Assembly: GCA_012295275.1 (NCBI GenBank)
Contig: CM022672.1
Location: 22,816,001 to 22,880,000 of the forward strand
Reading direction: 5' to 3'
DNA length: 64,000 nucleotides
DNA from: Chrysomallon squamiferum
Taxonomy: Eukaryota > Animalia > Mollusca
In this document: piece by piece, positions 37,501-56,499 of the stretch
Numbering within the stretch: position 1 is the stretch's first letter
How the letters are laid out: each line of letters begins with the position of its first letter
The notes under the pieces: model-generated
What the model was told of the DNA's origin: nothing
What the model saw: the letters and a program-made list of their open reading frames with translations, nothing else
The model's database searches: none
Program-made: the position numbers and the translations under genes

Positions 37501-40456
37501 CAAAGAAAAAAAGTAACAAGCATTACTTCTAATTGGTGTTTCTTTCTTTCTTTCCTCACATCGATTCACTGGAAGCATTTCTGAATCAGAAGACTCACTG
37601 CAAGTGACACTGTTCATTTTGTGGTTTTCTTCCTCTGTTATTTCTTCTTCATCTAGTGATCTCTTATGTCGAACTGACTCAGAACAAGAAGATGCTGTAT
37701 CCTGTACATTCTTACTTGCATAACCATAGAAATAATTAAGGTAAATAAACACTGAGTTTTAAAAGATTCTATTTTGTGTAACTAAGGACATATAAATACT
37801 GATATTTATGGATCATATGAAGTTTCTTTATCTTACATTTGATTAAAAAAAAATTAAAAGGTTTTACGTAATTATAGATAGTTCTGGAAATTGATTGTGA
37901 GGAATTATCTAGACATAAGTTGCTACAACCTGCTTAAAGATGTAAATTTTTTGTTTGTTAATGAATATAAATAAAAATGTCATTATCCAAACATCCTTTT
38001 GGATGTGTAACAAGAAGAAGAAGAAAGAAAAAAAAGGATATTTCTTTCACCCAGTCAGACTCTCCAGGGATTGGAATACAATACAATGTCTGACGATCCA
38101 TTGTGATGTTAGCAGGTGAATCAACATCAATTTCTTCATGTGACTACAAAACAAACAAGGACAGATTATAAATGCTTTACATTCTTAATTTCTTTAATGA
38201 AGTTCTATATTTGGCCTGAATATTACTCTAAAATGTATTGAAATACTGAACAGAGAATAAGGAATATCAGTTGTTCTTACATTTTTAAGGATGTGTTCAT
38301 TTTTTTGTGTTTTTTTCTGGGGTTTTTCACAACCTGTTTATACTCAGAGTAATAAATCTTAACATTTGAAAAGCAGTGAAATCTGTTGAAATTATTTTAT
38401 GGATAATTTAATTACATTTGAATCTGCAACATCTTTAAATTTCCCTGACAGTCGATGTGTTTCTTGGGTTTTGATGTCTTTGACCTCGTACAGACCAAGG
38501 TAGTACTCCGGGTCAAACATATCCTGTATCATACAGCGATATTTAACCACCGAGTTTGGTCTCAAGTTGTGAAGAGGTTCATCATTCAGGGATGGAATCT
38601 ATTTAAAATTTTAAAAAGGAGGAAAAAAAGAAAATATCAGAAGAAAATACTGTTAATGTTAGATAAGCAAATATAAATATTTGTTTCCTCTTACATACCA
38701 AATTTAGCATTAAAAAAAAAAGCCATGTTAAATGTTTTTAAATATAATATTGTAAAAGTTGAGTTTTTCAAAGTAGTTAATTTTGTTTGTGAAATATATT
38801 TAAATGTTGTTGTTTTTTTCTTTTTACCATCCACAAATATTATTCAGGGTTTGTACACCTTTGACTGTCAAAATTTTCTTAACTTTTCCAGAAATTTCCA
38901 TAGCCCACAAATCCAAATTTCCAAAACCATTTCCATGCAAACTCAATCATAACAAAGTGTTTTTGCAGTTTTTATGCATATTTGTCACAATTAAAACTTA
39001 CACTTGACCAAGCTGCATGGTATACATGTAGGATTACTACTAATAAAGAAATGAATTAATTGATTTTGGCATTTTAAAATGCAGTTTCATTCTTGGAGTG
39101 GATAGAACTATGGTGATATGTAAGCCAGATTGCCAGAAACATGAATATAGAAATATTGCAAAGGTCATTCAAATCACAGATACATCAAATTCACAGCAAA
39201 CACCTGATGATCTGTGCTGAAATGAAACCACTAACAAAATGGAAACACTTTCGTTGGCTAAAACAGGGCACTGCATCAAGCCTAAATACTGGTGAAACAA
39301 ACCAGTATTTCATACATTTTATGTACGGCAAGGACTTACCTCACCATAACTTTTCCATAGCCAAGGTAGCAAAACATGATTTTCCAAGACTTTTAAGGTC
39401 CTGGAAAACACTGACAAATTTGCAAAACTTTCTAAGACTCCTCAAAATATGTATGAACCCCAATTATTATTCCACAGATTACTGTCACAATATTAACACT
39501 ATTGACTATATGCTTTGTAAGGGAAATATAATTTAAAAAACCAACATGCAAGCTACTTTATTATTAAAAGTTCCCCACTGAGTAATGAAATAGATTTCAT
39601 CTAAATTAAAATTATTATTGTTAAATGATTAAAACCAAACAATCACTGCTATAAAAATCAATATGTCAGCAAGCATTCTTTAATTGATTTATTAATAACA
39701 AAAAGTACATAAAATATTTTCACAGTAAAATGATTCAGATGTTTATCTGATCCAAATTAATACACACTGTTGCCAGTACATTTCTGCTTTCAATTTTCTT
39801 CCTGAAGTAGTTCTTAATACAATTAGCATCAGAAATTCCATGTTGATCTGTATTAACAAACAGTAAAAATGAAATTTAAAAAAAATATATATATATATAT
39901 ATAAAAATGTTTAGTAGTAAATTAAAGCACTGAAAAATAAGTGGTATAATAAAAGCATTTTAGAATTTCAACAGTACTTTAGAAACATTAAACCTAAATT
40001 ATTAATAAGCTTTTAATTTGTTGTTATAATTTATGTTTCATTTATTCAACTTTTTCTAGTGCATAGTTTATTTTTATTATAATTATTTTTGATTTTTTAA
40101 TTATTACTGTTGCTTAAAGTTATATTTTTATTATAGGTGTGTTTGTCCTTAATTTTGATATTATTATAATTATAAAATTAAATACATGAAGTTTCCAAAG
40201 TTCGAAGAAATTATCATTTGCCTCGTCATTATTTTAAAGTAACTGTTTTACAGAAAGCTGACTCTCCTTAACTAAGTGTACGTAACGATAATAAGTTACT
40301 GACGAAAACACATCTTCAATGGAATCATACAATATTGAATATAACTTATAATCACCTGTTTATTATATTAATAATACTTTAAATAAGTAATTAGTTACCA
40401 ATTAAACCCTGAATTATGCTCAAAGGATTATTCATCCAATCTTCTACACCAGGCAT
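31504..40456 (-). CDS. MCMBP: Mini-chromosome maintenance complex-binding protein
   Basis: Exons 40456-40399 ([17 protein letters not shown]), 39847-39768, 38598-38416 (IPSLND…[13 protein letters not shown]), 38143-38042 ([18 protein letters not shown]), 37725-37527, 36916-36840 ([18 protein letters not shown]), ~36317-36217, ~35745-35583 ([10 protein letters not shown]), ~34800-34677 ([13 protein letters not shown]), ~34088-33971, 33697-33530 ([15 protein letters not shown]), ~33196-33063, ~32787-32623, ~32228-32140, ~31622-31504. Confidence 0.95.
37726..38041 (-). other. U12-type intron of MCMBP, 5' ATATCCTTT, apparent AT-AT termini
   Basis: GTG AAA GAA|ATATCCTTTT…TTACCTTAATTATTTCTAT|GGT TAT GCA; phase 0 on both sides. 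Confidence 0.8.
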
Positions 40457-43400
40457 ATTTCAATTTTGTTTGGACGTATAGTTTGTTATTGTTTTAATAG
40501 CGCGGGAAATCTTAGAGTCTATAACCAAAAGTTATAGAAAATTAATGACAATTAACAAATTGATAGGCACAAATTATATTAAAATGAAGCTTTACCGCTT
40601 TAAATAACAATATTTGACATTTGAATATAAAATTTTTTATTTAACATTTAAGTTATCTTGAATACTTTTGTTTGAGAATAATAATAAAAAAGGCTATAAA
40701 GAAAACAAAAATAAAGAAAAAAAGTGGTCTCGCATAACATTAAAAACTGGTGTGCAGACGAAAGTTTACAAGGCAAATGTTCAATACGTACATGGAAAAG
40801 AGACACATGTTCACAATATAATAACATTAGTAGAATTTAGTCGGTTAAACCAATTCTCAATTGAGCAAGAAAAAAGAAAAAAGACAATAATTCAGAAAAT
40901 CAGTATCATATGATACTATGAATTTTTATGATACTATCAATAATATCATGAATATGGACGTAATAATGATCGACAAGGGTCGAGATGAGCTCTGTCTTGA
41001 TGGATACATGTAATATGTATGTATTTCACCTTTTTGAATAAATGAGAATCTTTATCATTTCTAATAATAATAATAATAATTTTGTAGTTGATACATAATT
41101 CATTTTTTAAATAAAAATATTTCACTGAATAATTTATATTGTCACGCATTAAAGTTGTGAGCTTATGTTTTGTGAGCATTTGTAATGGAACTTTTAAAAT
41201 TACCTTAATAATTGTCATCATTTAATTTTGTTTTAAAACAAAATATTTATTTCTGTTATCAGGTGTTATATCATTAAACAAATTAAAATTCTGCACATTA
41301 CTTGTTCATTATCTTCAGTGTTTTTAATTTACTATATGATCGGGTTTGAAGTATTTCCACTCAGAAATAAACAGTGAAATCAGTGTCCTTCTACTACTAC
41401 TGTTAATTAGAAGAAATGAAGTTATTTTATTTTTATAATACTCTTCTTCCATTAATTAATTCTGTTGAAGCTACTCTATTCTTTAAACATTTTTTAAATA
41501 ATAAGGTTCCAATAAAATAATGTATGAAGTATCTTTGCAGCATACTTATGTTCATCATTATTAAGATTATTAATGAATACCAGAATTATTATCATCAGCG
41601 ATCTTTTCTTTTATCATTTTACATGTTGTGTTTTGGTAAAAAGAAAATTTGTATGTCACAAACTTCATAAAATGGCTAGAGCACAAAGAATGAAATCAAA
41701 TACTACCACTGCTATCATCAAAATAAAAAATAATGATGATGTTAGCTAACCAAATAGGCCTACATCTACAGTGTAATAAAAACAACACAATATTCAATTA
41801 TAATTTTTTTTTATTTGGCCTCTGTTACACAAAAGGCAAAATAAATGCCCCAAAATTAGTCCATTACATTTTAATCAAAGTGTTTCAGAAAAATAATAAA
41901 TTTTTGTTTCATATACAATGAAGTATCTTCAAGCAGGCTACAAGTATAATAGCTTTACTTGACAAAATCAAAACCTGTAACAATTTTGTTTTTAAAATCC
42001 TTTTCTCTTACAATACATTACAATACTTGTACAATGTGTTGAAATACTGCATAAATCACACATTCAAAACATCATGTATTCCTCAGACATCCAGTATTAA
42101 ACAAAGACATATATACCATGCTGTGATATAGACTTAAAATTTAAACTGAACTGTTTAAACATTTCAAAAGAGACTGATCTGAAGAAAAGCCCTATGTGTG
42201 TTGGATTGATTGACTGATTAATATAAACAATTTTTTTTTTTTTTAAATATTAGTTAAAACTTTCTTATGGACTTTTTTACACAAGATTGTTACTGAGATC
42301 ACCACTGTAGTCTGTCTGTTGTTAAACTGTATTTGTTGTTTATTTTGACTAGTTGCTACATTTTAAAATTTTGGTTTCTTCATTCTGTTGACTAGTTTTA
42401 ACATTGTATCAACCATATTATAGTCTTTTTCACAATGAATAACACAAATTTCAACTATATGGACAAAACAAAGAAAGCAGCAACTTTAAATGCACCTATA
42501 CTAACTGTTAAGTTTTGCCAGCCAGTTTTTCTCAGCATATTAAAGATGGCTTATGAATTAATTATTACAGCCATAAAATAAAGCAGTTAGAGAAAACTAA
42601 ACATTTCAAATAATTCATAAAATTTCTATATAAAGACAATTCTTAAAATGGACATTTTTTTTATGGAGGTGTTTTCCCCAATGATAACACATCTATATAC
42701 ACAAAACAAATGATCATTTTTTAACATTATTTGTATTCCTTTAATTTGTATTTTTACACTTGACCATTGTGCAATGAGACATTCCACTGTATTAAAACGG
42801 ATATATCTGCAGCTTAAAACAATTCCAGAAAAACTAAGAGGTAATTTGTCAGCAATGATAATTTGAAGATATAAAATTAATAAAATAAACTCCGCAAATA
42901 AATATAGATATTTTTTTTCATGTACAAATGGGATTATTTCTGAAAGATAAGCATTGCCAAAGGAAAAAGGAACATCATTCAAATTTAAAAAAATTTCTTA
43001 ACCTTTTGATTCAAGGAACTAACAATATGACATACATGTCAATATAGTTTATGTTTCCTAACTGAAATCAGTATTCTGATATATATGTATGTTGTTTTGT
43101 TGTTGTTGCTGGGTTGTTGTTGTTTTTAACCCTTTAGTACTTGTCTTGTAAAATACAAACTTCAGCAAACAATAACTCAAGGAAGATTTTAAGGTCACTT
43201 CTACATTTTACACAATCTTCCTCAAGCTTACTAACATACACATATATAATTATGAACATAAATTATTATAACTGGTCATGGAAGAAAAAACAAACCATGA
43301 CAACTGAAATACAATTCTTAGTTGATTTATGGTGCCATTGATCGTAATTATAGCAACAAAAAAAGAAAAGAAAAAGAAGCCTATAAACAAAACTAAAAAA

Positions 43401-44601
43401 TTCAACAGATGACTTAAAATCCCTTTACTTAATCTTTATCATATTATAAATGCATGACAACTGAATTTTCTAATTTACTTCATTTTAATAAAATTATACA
43501 TTACAAAATTCCTTTATGTACATACATTTCATCTCCTTTCGGAAACCTATACATTTTTAAATTAATTTACAAATATGTCATAAGTATAATTAACAAAACA
43601 TTACCAGAAAAATTAGAGGGCCACTGTGGCCATGTAGAAGATATCTTTTAAAATACTAAATATGTGCTGAATGTGTGGAAGACTGGCAGTAGCACGTTAC
43701 TAAATGTAACAACACAAATTAAAAATAGGACTCATTTTTCTTCTTGTTCTTGTAATATCAGTACATAAGCGGCAGTGGGATTTACAGCCATAGGTGGGTC
43801 GTTTTCTGCGTACAAAAACAGTTTAAAAAATAAAACCCAAAGAGGCATAAGATAACTTGCCCATAATTCACAAATAACTGATGATGGGTATCTTGTCATG
43901 GAGTCACCAACATTTAGTCCAAACTTACGGACAGTCCATAAAGTTTTTACAAGATAAACAAATTCTGTAAACTGTTTCTTCTTGAAATAATTTAGTAAAA
44001 TATTTCCTATTCTGAAAATTGTTTTTACATGAAGTTTTCGTTAAAAAAAAAATATGTAAAAAGAAAATGTGTAACTGAAACGAAGAATTGACATGAAAGT
44101 TTATGACAGCAATATGTCATGTTAATAAGACATGACATTAAATAATTAAATCTTACCAATTCATTGGAGTACACAGAATAAAGAAGTTCAATAATAAACT
44201 GATTTAATGTTTTCTCACAAAATTTTACAGGCAAAAGTTTCAGAAATAACCTAGAATGAAAATTCTGCATAATAGAAGGAATTATACTGACCATTTTAGA
44301 AGAAAAATTATTCCTGCAAATAGGTAAGAAAAAGAAAGAGTTCCACAGGTATCTTTTAAACTGATATTATAGCTGATGTTACAGTTACACACAATTTACA
44401 ACAGAAAAGAAAAAACACCCACACCAACAGATTTTGCATTAATATTCAGCAAAACAAATCAATAGTCAGCAAATTTAAAAACCAAAATAAATTACAAAAT
44501 ATTCCAAATTTAATGACAAACCTAAATTTACTACATCCAAATAAGTCTTTGTCATAGTATTTAGAATTCTTTCAGACAAAACTAATTTCCAGGTTTAACA
44601 G

Positions 44602-44640
<39 letters not shown>

Positions 44641-45607
44641 ATAATAATAAATAAAATTTCTTGTTCTCGAATTGGTTACCAATTTAAAAAAAAAAAAGTA
44701 GAAAAAATAGCAATGGCACCAAGATTTACACTAAGATTTGACATATAAACTATTTTAGCTAACTGAAAATTTTTGTAAACATAAAAAAAAAAGTTACTTG
44801 CAAAATGATGAATTAGAATCCAAACAAAAGCTTACATTTTATTTTTAAAAACTAAAAAATTTATTTCAAGGCATTTAATGAAAAAAACCAATATATTCAG
44901 TGACAGATTAATTTTCATTTATTCAAGTTTTATTGAATAAACAAATGTATTTGAATGTCAACTAATCCAGAATAAATTCAACAAAAAATTAAAATATAAA
45001 TATCTAAAAATAAAATATTTTCCCCCCTTTTCCTAATTGCACTAAAGAACCATATGATCACACTGAAGACATTTTGTTATGGTCACCTTATTTCTTTGCA
45101 TCCCACAAACTGAAAAGAAAACTGAATGAAAATTATTTTAAAAGTACTTTTTACAGAATGAAAGCAATAATATCTGGCACATAGTTACATGAAATAGATT
45201 CAGCAGTCCAATTAAAATGCTGTTATAAGATTTATTTCTACACTTCTATTTTTTCAAATTTCTTTAAATTGTCATTTGTGCCTTGGCCAGGTGTGTTGTT
45301 CTTTTCCATCTATTATCACAGCTACTCCAAAAACTAATCCAAAATAAAACTCCAGCAATGCCCAGCACACAGTTACAACTTGCCGCCATGAAAGATGTCT
45401 AAGAAACAGTTTAATGATGATTGTATATATATATATATGTATATATATATGGACGTAGTCCTGAGATTAAAATCAATTTTGCAGAGCACAAAAACACAAT
45501 GGAGCAGTACTTTGCAATTTTAAGAAGGCTGTAGAGTCGGGTCCCTTGAAATGATCTTCAGTGCGGTGACCAAGGTCAGAATGTTTTATTGCATTTCATG
45601 TACAGAT

Positions 45608-51267
<5,660 letters not shown>

Positions 51268-52692
51268 TTTGCAATACGTAGAAGAAAGGTCCCAACTTTT
51301 GTCCGTATGGACACTCTAGATTATGGTATTATTAGTTCGAAATTTGATCAAATGATCACACCTTTAATATCTCGAACAATGTTTCTTCGAGATAAAACAA
51401 TATAAAGTTAAATTAAACGTCTTGAAACTATTTAAAATGAACTTCCATTCACTTGTGCAACATTTTCACAAATCGCCATACCGAACCGAACATGTGAACC
51501 AGATCTGACGTCATGAGACTTTAGGATCATTTTTGTATCAGCCAGTTTGATTGGTTAATATATCAAGATCTAAAAATAACTTTCCAATTTATTGCATTCG
51601 TTTTACAGTACGAACGCATCATATTCTGTTAAACAAATATACACCATTATGTAAAATTAACAAATAAAAACTAAGTGTAATTTTTGTCTATTAAATATTT
51701 GTTATTTATGGTTTTTAATTTTTTTATCCAATAGCTTTCTGCGTTTGAAACGCCGCCATCCCTTAGTACTCTAATATGGCTGCGCCCATGCAACGTATGA
51801 TCAAAATGTTTTTTAGTTGCCTTTAGAAATGACTAAACACAGAACGTCAGTTTTAGGGGATTATAATTAAGTGAAGTAAAATAATTATGAAAAGACGCGT
51901 CTGTAGAAAGGACCAAATAATGTAAAAGAAAAAATCATTTATATATAACAACCACGTGCAAAAAAACTTATTTCATGTACTTGTGACGTCATAATATCTC
52001 GTTTATTTCTTTTATCTTTTTAAAAGGAAAATAAATTAAATTTCAAAATGTTTCATTATAATTAATTTATTAGAATGAACTGTTACTTTTAAATGTATTC
52101 TAAAATTAGGAAATCTGGTTTACATAGATTGTCATAGAATTAGGTGTTTGTGTTTAATGTTAACCAATATATTTAATATCCAATAAAAATAATAATGGGT
52201 ATAGAACCCCGCCCTTTTTTTTTTTTTTTTTTTTTTGGAACATATTTTAAAATATAATTTAATGTTAGAACTATATTTGTATGTATGTATAGCAAAAACT
52301 GAATAGTATTTTAAAAACCTTTTAGTTCATAATATTTTAGAATTTAAATGAAAAAAAAAAAATTCTGTTCCTATCATAGGCCTATTTAACGACTAACAAT
52401 AAAAGGCTTGGTATTTGCTGTCCTATATTAAATAAAGCTTACATAGTGAAAAAATGTAATAAATTACATTTGAATATTGTTACAGTTATTAAATACTGCT
52501 GTCTGATAGAGACAGTTAACCAATACATTCTAGAACTATAAAATTTTTAAGTACCATATTTTTTCTGAATATCTCTGATTATACAATTATTTTTAAATTT
52601 CAGAACTTAATGAAGATTTTAGCCATATTTTCCAAAAAAAAGAAAACAAAAATGCAGGTAAACATCAGCATTCAAAGTTTGAAAAAGGAAAA
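51268..52692. promoter_or_regulatory. Divergent promoter/leader region ETF1/PSTK with CREs (51506-51513, 51984-51991) and YY1-like ATGGC motifs
   Basis: Head-to-head start codons; TGACGTCA twice; CGCCGCCAT at ~51751 and AATATGGCTGC at ~51773; CpG enrichment. Confidence 0.6.
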
Positions 52693-55600
52693 ATGGCAAA
52701 CACTGATACTGGCTGTATTTTTGTTCTGTGTGGTCTTCCAGCTTCAGGCAAATCGACTCTAATTCATCAAATTCAGAATGACTTGAAAGATCAGCTTGAA
52801 GTGAACATTGTAGAATATGACCATCTTATGCCAGCTGAGGTGGAGAAAATCCTAATTACAGAAACAACAAGTAAGGTTTGTTTTATTTATTTATTTATTT
52901 ATTTATTTATTTCTAGAGACACACATACTCATCTATCCTGAAGTTCTAGATAATGCTTTGAATCACACAAAGAATTTTCACACATTTAATATAATGGCCC
53001 ACTGGCCTAACTCCACACAGAAGCTACAAGTGTCAGGACAGTACTTATTATGCTGCTCCCTGACACTGCATGTGAAATTTTATGTCATTAATAACAATCA
53101 AAGTAGAATGATGCTACCTCGAGAAACAAGTTTTCCGACTTACAAGCAGCCGGCAGGTCAATTTTTTGCTTTTAGTTGCAAGCCAAAATCCGAGATCTTT
53201 GGCACAGTGAACAACACAACATCTGCCCAGCGTCTCACTCATTTGCTTCATGTGGTTACCTCACTGTGGAAACATCTCTTATGCTCGTGTTTTGTGCAGT
53301 ACAGAGCTGAGAAGAAGAAGCAGATGATGTTCATTTAATTAAAGCATGAAATCGTAGAAAAACATGAGCGAGGTGTGTGTGTAGTCAATATGGCTAGGCA
53401 GTATGAACATTTTTTATGATATGTACCATACTGAAGCAGAAAGAGTAAATAAAGGCTATAATGCCAGCCAAAGGCATTAAAATAATTTCTAAGCTGAGAA
53501 CCTCTGTCCATGAAAAGATGGAGAAACCCTAACCCTGTACACTTTAGAAAACCAATTTAATTCTTTACATTCTCTCTTTTATTTTATTTTTACATACATT
53601 TTTCTTATTTAAAAACATGTTACAAAAAATTGGGGTGGTTTTGTGGGCTGGAACAGACTAATGGTATTTCAATTAATTTCATTTGGGAAAATTGATTTGA
53701 TATACAAGCAAATTTGAGTTATGAGCTTGGTTACAGATCGAATTAAACTTGTAAGTCAAGGTACTACTGTATATGTTATCTAGGTTAATAAATAATGATT
53801 TTTTTTTTTGAGTTGTTAAACTTTTAGAAAAAAATTGTTTAAAAAAACAACAACATCAAATACAAATGTTCATCTCTGTGGTGCCAGTCAGTACACACCA
53901 GTTAATTAATTTTGATAGATAGTATCAAAACTAGTATGATGTCTACATGTTAAAATTGATAAAATAATAATAATAAACAAAAATACATCAGCTCGGCAAC
54001 ACCCTAAATCGGGCTAATACGAATGAATGACAATAAATTCAGAATTTTAGAAAGCAGTTGGTTTTGACTCACATTTCATCAAGATAATAATTTTACTTTC
54101 CAGAGTGCATCGAAATGGAAGATGTACAGGCAGCAGATTGTGGAATGTGTGGATCTTCTTTTAGAAAATCTGTGTAAAGTATCTGTTGGAACTGAAAAGC
54201 CTTTTCAACATTCAAGCAAACCAGTGGCAGTCAACAGTGACCTATGGTTGAAATTTCAAGATATCTGCCAAGTGGGTCTCAATGATAAATCCTTCAGCGT
54301 TGCTAGGAAACCATTTGTCATTATCATTGATGATAACATGTACTACAGGAGTATGAGATACCAGTATTATCAACTAGCAAGAAAATGTAAATAGTACTCT
54401 GAATTTAGCTCGTTCCATGGATTAATAAATATATGTTTCTGATATAACATTTTCTGATACATGTGTCTGTAGCTATTTCGTAACAAATTTCTTCTTTTTA
54501 TTAAATGAAACTATTTGGAGAAAGAAGGAACCTGCAGTCAACTTTCTCATTCAACTGTGGTCAGCAGCAAGCATTCTTTTATCCAAGCACAAACCCCCTT
54601 CTTACCTTTTCTTCTTATAAAAAGAAGTATATATCATTGTGAAATAACAAGTATAGAGAATTTTATGTTTAATTTTACACTGATCCAGTCTGTATGTTAA
54701 TTAAAATTATATTTCATTAATGAACTGTAGCTTAGATCAGGGCTACAAGTCCCCAACTAACATCATGTGGAACATAAAAATGTTAGACGTTTTCCTCTTC
54801 ATATTTTGTACTGATTGCTGTCAACTGACTTTCTTGTACTATAAATTATACTATTGCATATGATTATCACCTAATCACTCTACCAATCTCTATATAAAAA
54901 TATGTCCAAAAAACCCAATAAACAGTATTTCTTCAATTTTTGTGTGAATTCTACACTTCAGCAAATTAATATTATTACACATTATTTCAACCTCAGATAC
55001 TTTTCCTTTGCAGGTATAACATATTTAACAAATTATCAATTAAATTTCAATTTTTATTATTTTTTTTTTTTATTCTTTGTCTATATATAACTGTTTATTT
55101 ATGTCATTTATGTTATGTCTTTTTAACAGATACCATTGGCTTTTGTGAACTTTATGTGGACTGTTCTGTGGAAACTGCAATAACTCGCAATTCAGACAGA
55201 AAGACAGGAAAAGTTCATGAGGACACAATTTACTCAATGGGTGCACATTTTGAACGACCTTGTACTGATGCTTGTAGATGGGAAAAGTATTCTTTAATAC
55301 TGAGTCCATCAACATCTCTGAGGTTAGTTTCCTCAAATTTCTAGTTAATGTTTATTTTCAGATCTGAACAGTGAGATCTTGAAATTCATAGTCCATTTCC
55401 ATGCCAGCCCTAGTATTTCAGAAGCTCTATTTAAACATACACATCCTCTCCAGCACCCACACACGCATAAAATTATTAGTGAACACAGCTCTTATTTGGT
55501 CATTTCTGAAAGTTCAGAGTGATAAATTATTTGAAATTGAAATATTTCTTAAAAGTCTTAATAACCAGTATTATCGTTCACTCTAATATTCTTTAAGCCT

Positions 55601-56499
55601 TTTTCATTATTTTTACTTCTTAATCTTTTTCTTAAAATTTGTTAATTTGTTTGTTTTTTTAATCTCTTTTGGTTTTTTCTTAACAATATTTTGTTGTTTA
55701 ATTTATTGCTATTGTTATTTCTTTTTTTTTTTTTTTTTTTTCAAAGTGAAATCCAATTTCTGATTCTCAATGCATTGAAAGATCCAGTTAAACCACTTCC
55801 AGTGGAAGATGTTGAAGAAAAAGGAGAAAGTCGAGAGGCATGTTCTGCTAGTTTTATTCACCAAGCAGATCAAGTTCTGCGCAAACTTGTTGCTAAGGAA
55901 ATGATTGCAGCAAAAGGCAAGTTAATTTCTGAATTAAAGTTACCCTAAACGTTTATTGGCAAAACAGCACATGCCACTACAGCTGAAATATTTCACTGTT
56001 TATTTATGCTTTATAACAAAAAGGGTTTTAAAAAAATTCTTTATTTATTTTATTGTACTTTATTGTAGTTTTTTTTTTTTTTTTTTTCCTTTTACTGAAA
56101 ATACATCTTCAAAATAACTAGAAAAAAAAAAGATAAAAAAAGAAGAAGAAATTATTAGCATTGTTTCTGTGATAAAAATAATTTTACAAGTCTGATTAAG
56201 GACCAGTAATTCCAGCTAAAAAATTTTTTTTTTTAATACAAACAGTTTCAAATTTAGATAAAAGTTAAGTAATTTACATTTTATTTTTAGCATCAGGAAT
56301 GTCTGCTGAGAAGTTGAAAAAAATGGCTGCGGAGTTAGCAGAAAGTAGATTAAGAATACTCAAGGATATGAAATCAGGAGCAGTCACATCAGACTTTACC
56401 GCTGAAATTAAAGATGCTTCAAAAGATTCAAACAGTGAATTATATAAGTTTATTACATCAATATTCAGCTCAAGCAAAATTACATTTGAAAAAGTTTGA
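52693..56499 (+). CDS. PSTK: L-seryl-tRNA(Sec) kinase
   Basis: Exons 52693-52875 (P-loop VLCGLPASGKST), 54104-54386 (IIIDDNMYYRSMRYQYYQLARK), 55130-55322 (YTIGFCELY…RNSDR…FERP…WE), 55747-55916 (IHQADQVLRKLV), 56291-56499. Confidence 0.93.
53100..53769 (+). mobile_element. Decayed Tigger/pogo DNA transposon fragment in PSTK intron 1
   Basis: Broken ORF EKKKQMM…LKHEIVEKHERGV.VV.MARQY…ICTILKQKE…KGIKIISKLR…EKMEK (HTH_psq N-terminus of Tigger transposase) with stops; right TIR …TTGTAAGTCAAGGTACTACTG followed by TA. Left end uncertain. Confidence 0.8.

Noticed and set aside
39141-44294. Assorted 60-130 aa ORFs in the ORF track
   Set aside because: AT-rich chance ORFs rich in I/K/N/F, in introns or UTR, without splice logic or motifs.
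45345-45395. SECIS-like hairpin in the eRF1 3' UTR (minus strand ATGG CGGCAAGTTGT AAC…TTGCTG GAG)
   Set aside because: Core is AUGG rather than AUGA, helix I does not pair, and eRF1 has no in-frame UGA; SECISearch would settle it.
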